A stretch of 32,000 bases of DNA, taken from positions 540,001 to 572,000 of the forward strand of contig NC_008818.1 of NCBI RefSeq assembly GCF_000015145.1. The letters are read 5' to 3'. The position numbers and the translations under genes are program-made. Shown in pieces: positions 27,097 to 32,000 of the stretch; the stretch's first letter is position 1, and every line of letters starts with the position of its first letter. Origin of the DNA: Hyperthermus butylicus DSM 5456. Its GTDB lineage: Archaea; Thermoproteota; Thermoprotei_A; Sulfolobales; Pyrodictiaceae. Below the pieces are notes generated by a model. It did not search any database. It was not told the DNA's origin and was given only the letters and a program-made list of their open reading frames with translations.

Positions 27097-27863
27097 TGTG
27101 TAAGCCTCTGCAGCGCCTCCCCAAGGAGTGTCAGGCTCGGTATAGCTGCTAGCCTGGCCTCGGGCATGTAGACTGGCTCCCTGAGGCTCCGGTTAACCCA
27201 GACAGCCATCATGCCTGCCGAGAGAGCACCAGCAACATCCTCCGTTAGCTCGTCGCCGACATGGACAGCCTCTCCAGGATCTACATCCGCCTCCTTGCAC
27301 AGCTGGAGAAACGCTCTACGATCGGGCTTGTAGAGCCCAATCTCGTCTGCATAGAGCTGGAAGTCTATGAAGTGTTCAAGCCTGGCCTTCTCCAGCAATA
27401 GCCTTGTATAGCTGCCGGGCCAGAACAACACGTTGCCCAGAACAGCAACCTTCCCAGCAATCCTTGCAGCTGTTTCGAGAGCCTGGAGGGCTTCCGGGTA
27501 AACTATCTCCTCCACATGCTCTATAGCCCGTAGCAGTCCGATAGCGATGCCCCGCCGGACACGATCCAGCGGAGCATCAAGTGCCACAGCAAGCATTTCT
27601 TGAGACTCTAGCAGCGGATTGCCACCCTCACCCCTAAGCCTTGCCCTTTTAGCCTCTGCACGAGCCCTCTCAAAGGCTGTCCTCACAGCGCTAAGAGGCT
27701 TCCCAGTAGCCTCCGACAAGCCCTCAACAATAAATCCAGCAATTGCCTCAAAGCGTAGTAGCGTATTCCACACATCAAACGATACAAGCCTAATACCCGC
27801 CAAGGCCCTATCCAGCCCCCATAATCTAGCCAGGGGCTGGGAGAATACGAGGCTATCTCCCAT
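27093..27863 (-). CDS. HAD-superfamily hydrolase
   Basis: LVSFDVWNTLLRFE, VLGNVLFW, GLYKPDRRAFLQLCKEADVDPGEAVHVGDELTEDVAGALSAGM. Confidence 0.9.
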   Translation of the reverse strand: MGDSLVFSQPLARLWGLDRALAGIRLVSFDVWNTLLRFEAIAGFIVEGLSEATGKPLSAVRTAFERARAEAKRARLRGEGGNPLLESQEMLAVALDAPLDRVRRGIAIGLLRAIEHVEEIVYPEALQALETAARIAGKVAVLGNVLFWPGSYTRLLLEKARLEHFIDFQLYADEIGLYKPDRRAFLQLCKEADVDPGEAVHVGDELTEDVAGALSAGMMAVWVNRSLREPVYMPEARLAAIPSLTLLGEALQRLTH

Positions 27864-28060
27864 AGCTGATTACCAAGATAAGCTCTGTAAGCCTATGCAC
27901 CGTGGGATGTGTTAGGCCTAGAAACTGATTGCGTGAACGACAGCCTTGTAGCCATACACACAGCGCTATGATGTTTGATACTGAATTAATACTATTTTAT
28001 GCCCTATAGTATCTGTATGGCAACCTGCATCTCGCTCCATGATTTACACGACGTGGTGAT

Positions 28061-28570
28061 ATGGAGTTGGAGATTAGGCTTCAGCCTATTGGTGTGGTTC
28101 GTGTTGATGCTAGTGACGAGGAGGTGAAGAAGGCTTTACATGGCGTTGAAGGGGTTATAGAGGTTTTCCCGGAGTATGAGGCAGGGCTGAATGGTATTGA
28201 AGGGTTTTCCCACATAATAGTTATAGCGTACCTACACAAAGTCACGGATGAGCAGAGGAGTGTCCTCCGGGTGCGACACCGTAGGCTTGAAAGGCTAGGT
28301 GTCGACCTTACCGGTATACCTGAGGTTGGCGTCTTCTGCACAGACTCGCCGCACCGGCCCAACCCTATAGCATTGAGTATAGTCGAACTAGTCGAGAGGA
28401 AGGGTAGGTTCCTAAGGGTACGAGGTCTAGACCTCTTCGATGGTACACCTGTATTGGACATTAAGGGATACGATAGGACGAGGTGTATTAGGGAGATTAG
28501 GGTTCCCTGGTGGCTTGAAGAGCTCGAGAAAAGGGTTGGACGAGTACTGGGTGAGCCAAGCTTTCTCTGA
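28061..28570 (+). CDS. trmO: tRNA (t6A37) N6-methyltransferase TrmO (TsaA/YaeB family)
   Basis: LQPIGVVRV, FSHIIVIAYLH, GVFCTDSPHRPNPIALSIVELVE, LFDGTPVLDIKGY. Confidence 0.9.
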   Translation: MELEIRLQPIGVVRVDASDEEVKKALHGVEGVIEVFPEYEAGLNGIEGFSHIIVIAYLHKVTDEQRSVLRVRHRRLERLGVDLTGIPEVGVFCTDSPHRPNPIALSIVELVERKGRFLRVRGLDLFDGTPVLDIKGYDRTRCIREIRVPWWLEELEKRVGRVLGEPSFL

Positions 28571-29167
28571 AGAATGGTTTGCCGGATGCAACTTTGCAAT
28601 GCAACCCCCATGGCTGTAATGAATCCAGGTTGGCACCCGGATCCCTACCCGGTGCCTAGCTACAACAAGTGTTGAGCTCGAACAGCGAGTTTATGAAGAA
28701 GCCTATTGTGCTGTCAAAAATAGGAGCCTATCTTTCTCCACTCCTACCCACTCCATTCTAGGAACCAAGAGATCAAACCATTCCAGCTGATGTAGATATC
28801 CAAGCATCTAGGCTATCGGTTATTATACCACCTATCATTATGAGCATGAATGTTGTAGGCAAACCTGTTTGAAGTGTGGAGTCTTGGGATCTAGCGTGTA
28901 TACAGCCATAGCCAGGAAGGTAATCATCATCATAAGCTTCGTATAGAATAGTTGTTCCCTGGATTCCATCTCATGGATCTTAATAACTGTGTTGTTGGAT
29001 GGGTGTCCGTTGACGTAGACAGGGAATCGCTGTAAACAGGACAAGCCACATAGATAGTGCAGTAGCTAAGCCCAGGTGGCTCAATACTTCTCCCTTGCAA
29101 GTCGATTTCATGCGTAGGGTGCAGCATTCCTGATTGGATGGGTGCACCTAGGCGTTTAAGACAAGTG

Positions 29168-29187
29168 TTCTGTGCAACTGCACAAAA
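29168..29187. promoter_or_regulatory. Palindromic operator-like site 1 (TTC-TGTGCAACTGCACA-AAA)
   Basis: TGTGCA-AC-TGCACA palindrome at 29171-29184. Confidence 0.55.
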
Positions 29188-29200
29188 CTATATGAGGCCC

Positions 29201-29220
29201 TTCTGTGCAGTTGCACAGAA
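29201..29220. promoter_or_regulatory. Palindromic operator-like site 2 (TTC-TGTGCAGTTGCACA-GAA)
   Basis: TGTGCAGTTGCACA at 29204-29217 is the exact reverse complement of site 1; centres are 33 bp apart; CTATAT lies between them; first ATG is at 29234. Confidence 0.55.
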
Positions 29221-29233
29221 CTAGTGGGAAGCT

Positions 29234-29479
29234 ATGGTGTGGTGGGGTCCCCGGCTAGGCTGGGGCCGTGGTTGGTGCTGGTGGTGGCGGGGTCCATGGC
29301 CAGGTAAGGGGCCGTTTAGCCATCTGCCGCCATGGCTGCGGCCTGGCTGGTTAATGGGCTGGTGGTGGCGCTGGCTAGCAGCCTGGCCAATGCCGTGGCT
29401 CTACTACAGCTACTACGGCTACTGGCAGTCAGCATCCTGGCCACACAGCTACCCCGTGTACCCCTGGCCCTGGTGGTAG
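29234..29479 (+). CDS. Small tryptophan-rich protein
   Basis: 81 aa, about 21 Trp: MVWWGPRLGWGRGWCWWWRGPWPGKGPFSHLPPWLRPGWLMGWWWRWLAAWPMPWLYYSYYGYWQSASWPHSYPVYPWPWW. Confidence 0.5.
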   Translation: MVWWGPRLGWGRGWCWWWRGPWPGKGPFSHLPPWLRPGWLMGWWWRWLAAWPMPWLYYSYYGYWQSASWPHSYPVYPWPWW

Positions 29480-29482
29480 GCC

Positions 29483-29716
29483 ATGATCTCTCAGCTATAC
29501 CCTCCATATATGCCACTGCCATGCTGGCCACCAGCACTGCTTGCGCCGCCATACCCATACCCCTATGATCCAGCAGCGCTGCTCTACGCTGCTAGCTGCA
29601 TGCTGGTAGCACCATACTACTACGCAGCAGTAATAGAGGCGTATAGGGCGGTAATCGATGCCTGGAGGAGGGCCCTGGAGACACTTGCAGCGGGGTTGGG
29701 GCAGAGGCAAGGGTAG
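29483..29716 (+). CDS. Small Y/P-rich protein with helical C-terminus
   Basis: MISQLYPPYMPLPCWPPALLAPPYPYPYDPAALLYAASCMLVAPYYYAAVIEAYRAVIDAWRRALETLAAGLGQRQG; begins 3 nt after the previous stop. Confidence 0.5.
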   Translation: MISQLYPPYMPLPCWPPALLAPPYPYPYDPAALLYAASCMLVAPYYYAAVIEAYRAVIDAWRRALETLAAGLGQRQG

Positions 29717-30146
29717 AGGAGGCGGTGGAGCCCCCTGGTGGGTCCAAGAGGGTTTAGCCGAACACTTACAGCCCCCAAGCCATGGTAGGGGATGGGGGAG
29801 AGGTTCGGGAGCCATGTTTGGCTACTGGTATAGGTGGATGAGGCGGCTTGTGTACTACGCGCCACCACCCCCGCCGCCCCCACCGCTACCGCTGCAGCAA
29901 CAGCAGAGCCAGCAGCAACAATACCCCTACCAGTACCCTCCATACCCATACTATCCGCCGATACCACCATACCCGTACTATATGCCACCAATCCCACAGA
30001 GTCCCGAGGAAGAGCTGGAGATGCTAGAGGAGTACAAGAAGATGTTAGAGGAGGACCTCAAGGAGCTACAGGAGGAGCTGAAAAGCGTCGAGGAACGAAT
30101 ACGGGAGCTAAGAGAGATAATTAGGCATAGAAGCAGCAAAGCATAG
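29658..30146 (+). CDS. G/W-rich, poly-Pro/Gln/Tyr protein with C-terminal coiled coil, DUF5320-like architecture
   Basis: APPPPPPPPLPLQQQQSQQQQYPYQYPPYPYYPPIPPYPYYMPPIPQ followed by SPEEELEMLEEYKKMLEEDLKELQEELKSVEERIRELREIIRHR. Start uncertain (29658 or ATG 29814). Confidence 0.6.
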   Translation: MPGGGPWRHLQRGWGRGKGRGGGGAPWWVQEGLAEHLQPPSHGRGWGRGSGAMFGYWYRWMRRLVYYAPPPPPPPPLPLQQQQSQQQQYPYQYPPYPYYPPIPPYPYYMPPIPQSPEEELEMLEEYKKMLEEDLKELQEELKSVEERIRELREIIRHRSSKA

Positions 30147-30453
30147 CATAAGGAAACGCTTAACTATAGTATTTTTCGCTCGTGTAATCCTAGTAACAAT
30201 GCAAGCTCGTCCCTTCTATATCAGCCCGGCTATCCCAACCCTAACCCATATCTTCGTATCTTCTTACCAAGTGTTCTACATTCTCTATATCATCTGTTGT
30301 ATGTTCCCCATGGGCCATCCCTCGTAGAAGAGCATGGTTGTGGTAAGCTAGGAGATTGGTGTAGGAGGGTCGGAAAAGAGCTTGTGGCTGCAGCTCCTGG
30401 CTTGGGCTGAATGTGATAGTGGTTGAGGTTGACGGGAGTGTGAGGCTTGCTGG

Positions 30454-30563
30454 GGCATTGCGATGCCAGGGGATATAGTCAGTGTTGATGGTATGGTGAC
30501 ATAGTCCCTAGAGCCGGGGCTGCCGTTGTCTCGGCAGCCTTGGCGATCTTCCTGACTCTCTAG
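30454..30563 (+). ncRNA. Candidate structured RNA region, unidentified
   Basis: Successive inverted repeats: GGCAT-TGCG-ATGCC (30454-30467); GGGA..GTCA / TGAC..TCCC (30470-30508); 13-bp stem GCCGGGGCTGCCG/CGGCAGCCTTGGC with two G-U pairs (30513-30544); CTAGAG/CTCTAG (30508-30513/30558-30563). Confidence 0.3.
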
Positions 30564-30684
30564 ACCTTCGGGCAACAGTTTGTGCTTGTAGGTATAAGTT
30601 TCGTGGATGTATTGTGTGCCTTCGGTTTCTGTCGCCAAGCTTATCTTATACGGTTGATGTGTACAGGGCTGCATGGGTGCTTAG

Positions 30685-31983
30685 ATGGTCTCGGAGGCAC
30701 TGTCGCTACTGGTATTCCTAGCAACTATTGTCGCGATAAATGCCAGGATTATCGATGAAACGGTTGTCGCTCTAGTCGGGCTTACAGCGATGGTCGTGCT
30801 GGCGGGTTATCGGCCGGATGACGCCTTTCACGCTGTGGACTGGAATGTTATAATGATACTGCTCGGTATGTGGATGATAACAGCCTACCTTAACCGTGCA
30901 GGGTTTTCGGAGGCTGTAGTACGTTTCGTCTCTAGGAGGGTTAGGGACTACCGTCTATTCCTGGTATATCTCATGCTCATAGCTGGCTTTATATCGATGT
31001 TCGTCGATAATGTGCTTGTAATCCTCCTCCTAGGCTCAATGGTCATAGAGGCTGCTCGGAGGAATGGGGCGAACATAGGCCTAGCGGTACTCATGATAGG
31101 GTTCTCTGCGAACTTCATGGGTACAGCCTTGTTGATGGGTGATTTGCCGCCTCAGCTTCTCCACAGTGTGGCAGGTGCAGAATTCCTAGACTTCATATGG
31201 AGCCGTGGCAAGCCTAGCAGCTTCCCACTACTCACGATTACATTCCTCGCTGTAACTGGGTTGATGTACTTCCTCTTCATAAGGCGTGAACCTTCGATGC
31301 TCCAGCTGCCAGAGACTAGTAGCAGTGGAGTGGGGGCTGATCGGAGGCTTCTAAACATCTCGGTATTCTTCTTCGCGGCAACCGTAGCCGCTATGGCTCT
31401 AAGGCCCTTGCTCGGCGTGCCCCTGGGCTTCATAACCATTGCTGGTGCCTCGCTGCTAGCACTAACTGTTGAGGTTTGGAGACGGCTAGGAGGCAGAGTA
31501 CCGTCCTTTGAGGAGATTATCGGCGATGTGGAGTGGCGTGCGCTAATGTTCTACGCGCTCCTATTCAGCCTCGTAGGCGGGCTCGAGGAGTCCGGTGTGC
31601 TGCGGCGAGCTGCCGAGCACCTACAACCCTACGTTCAGGCCGGCGGCGTAGCCGCCTATACGGTGTTCTACTGGGTCACCGGGCTTCTATCAACGATGAT
31701 TGAGCATGATGCTCTTCTTCTCACATTCCTCTACATAGTCCGTAATGCTGCAAACCTCGCGGGGGTCGATGCGTGGCCCCTCTACTGGGCCATGGCGTGG
31801 GCTGCAACTCTAGGCAGCAACGCGACGATAGTAGCAGCCCCAGCACTATACGTTGCAGTAACCATGGCCGAGAAGGCGGGCCACAGAATATCACCCAGAG
31901 AGTTCCTACGCTACTCCCTCACATACGCTACAGCCTCGCTAGTCATACACTACCTCCTAACACTACCGCTCTGGGGCACCTAG
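30685..31983 (+). CDS. ArsB/NhaD/SLC13-type anion or Na+/H+ transporter
   Basis: LLVFLATIVAINARIIDETVVALVGLTAMVVLAGY..., FIAGFISMFVDNVLVILLL, GMWMITAYLNRAGF; about 11 TM segments. Confidence 0.85.
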   Translation: MVSEALSLLVFLATIVAINARIIDETVVALVGLTAMVVLAGYRPDDAFHAVDWNVIMILLGMWMITAYLNRAGFSEAVVRFVSRRVRDYRLFLVYLMLIAGFISMFVDNVLVILLLGSMVIEAARRNGANIGLAVLMIGFSANFMGTALLMGDLPPQLLHSVAGAEFLDFIWSRGKPSSFPLLTITFLAVTGLMYFLFIRREPSMLQLPETSSSGVGADRRLLNISVFFFAATVAAMALRPLLGVPLGFITIAGASLLALTVEVWRRLGGRVPSFEEIIGDVEWRALMFYALLFSLVGGLEESGVLRRAAEHLQPYVQAGGVAAYTVFYWVTGLLSTMIEHDALLLTFLYIVRNAANLAGVDAWPLYWAMAWAATLGSNATIVAAPALYVAVTMAEKAGHRISPREFLRYSLTYATASLVIHYLLTLPLWGT

Positions 31984-32000
31984 AGGCAGACACGAAGGGC

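Noticed and set aside
28918-28945. ATGATGATGAT repeat (minus strand) as C box or microsatellite
   Set aside because: Very short trinucleotide run with no D box; too short to call a repeat.
29316-29997. Minus ORFs 29316..29558, 29495..29815 and 29620..29997
   Set aside because: They are antisense to the W/Y/P-rich + ORFs and yield Ala/Ser/Pro repeats expected from complementing Trp/Gly/Pro-rich codons.
30348-30674. 108-aa minus ORF upstream of the transporter
   Set aside because: Composition (S/T/H/Q-rich, no hydrophobic core) looks non-coding, and the region is better described by inverted repeats, though this is not excluded.
1-32000. CRISPR arrays, transposases, integrases, restriction or toxin-antitoxin systems
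   Set aside because: No regularly spaced direct repeats and no ORF with recognisable transposase, integrase, Cas, nuclease-methylase or TA motifs was seen. The repeats observed are single dyads.

Overview
The window looks like chromosome from a hyperthermophilic crenarchaeon. The Pyrodictium/Hyperthermus type is an inference from gene content and protein style. No rRNA, tRNA, CRISPR array or intact mobile element was recognised. The left part is the conserved archaeal proteasome/exosome/ribosome-biogenesis block: psmA, SBDS, rrp4, rrp41, rrp42, L37Ae, Brix, Pcc1, prefoldin beta, DUF3194-like, DHH. It is followed by an MFS transporter, ribosomal protein L40e (absent from the ORF track), convergent nurA/herA, an RlmI-like methyltransferase, a COG2426-like membrane protein, an HhH-GPD glycosylase-like protein, an AIM24-like protein, a KaiC-like ATPase, a divergent CDF-like membrane protein, a tandem-hotdog thioesterase, a TtuA/TtuB-type tRNA thiolation pair, gatA, orc1/cdc6, a HAD hydrolase, trmO and an ArsB/NhaD-type transporter. 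The most interesting parts are: (1) a cluster of three small, extremely W/Y/P-rich ORFs (29234-30146) preceded by two mutually reverse-complementary palindromes flanking a TATA-like box; (2) two GC-rich regions of nested inverted repeats that could be structured RNAs (about 461-693 and 30454-30563); (3) a coding-poor interval of about 2 kb with gene remnants and dyads upstream of cdc6, a candidate replication origin; (4) a partial minus-strand CDS and the L40e gene, both missing from the ORF track. No clear new defence or mobile system is supported.
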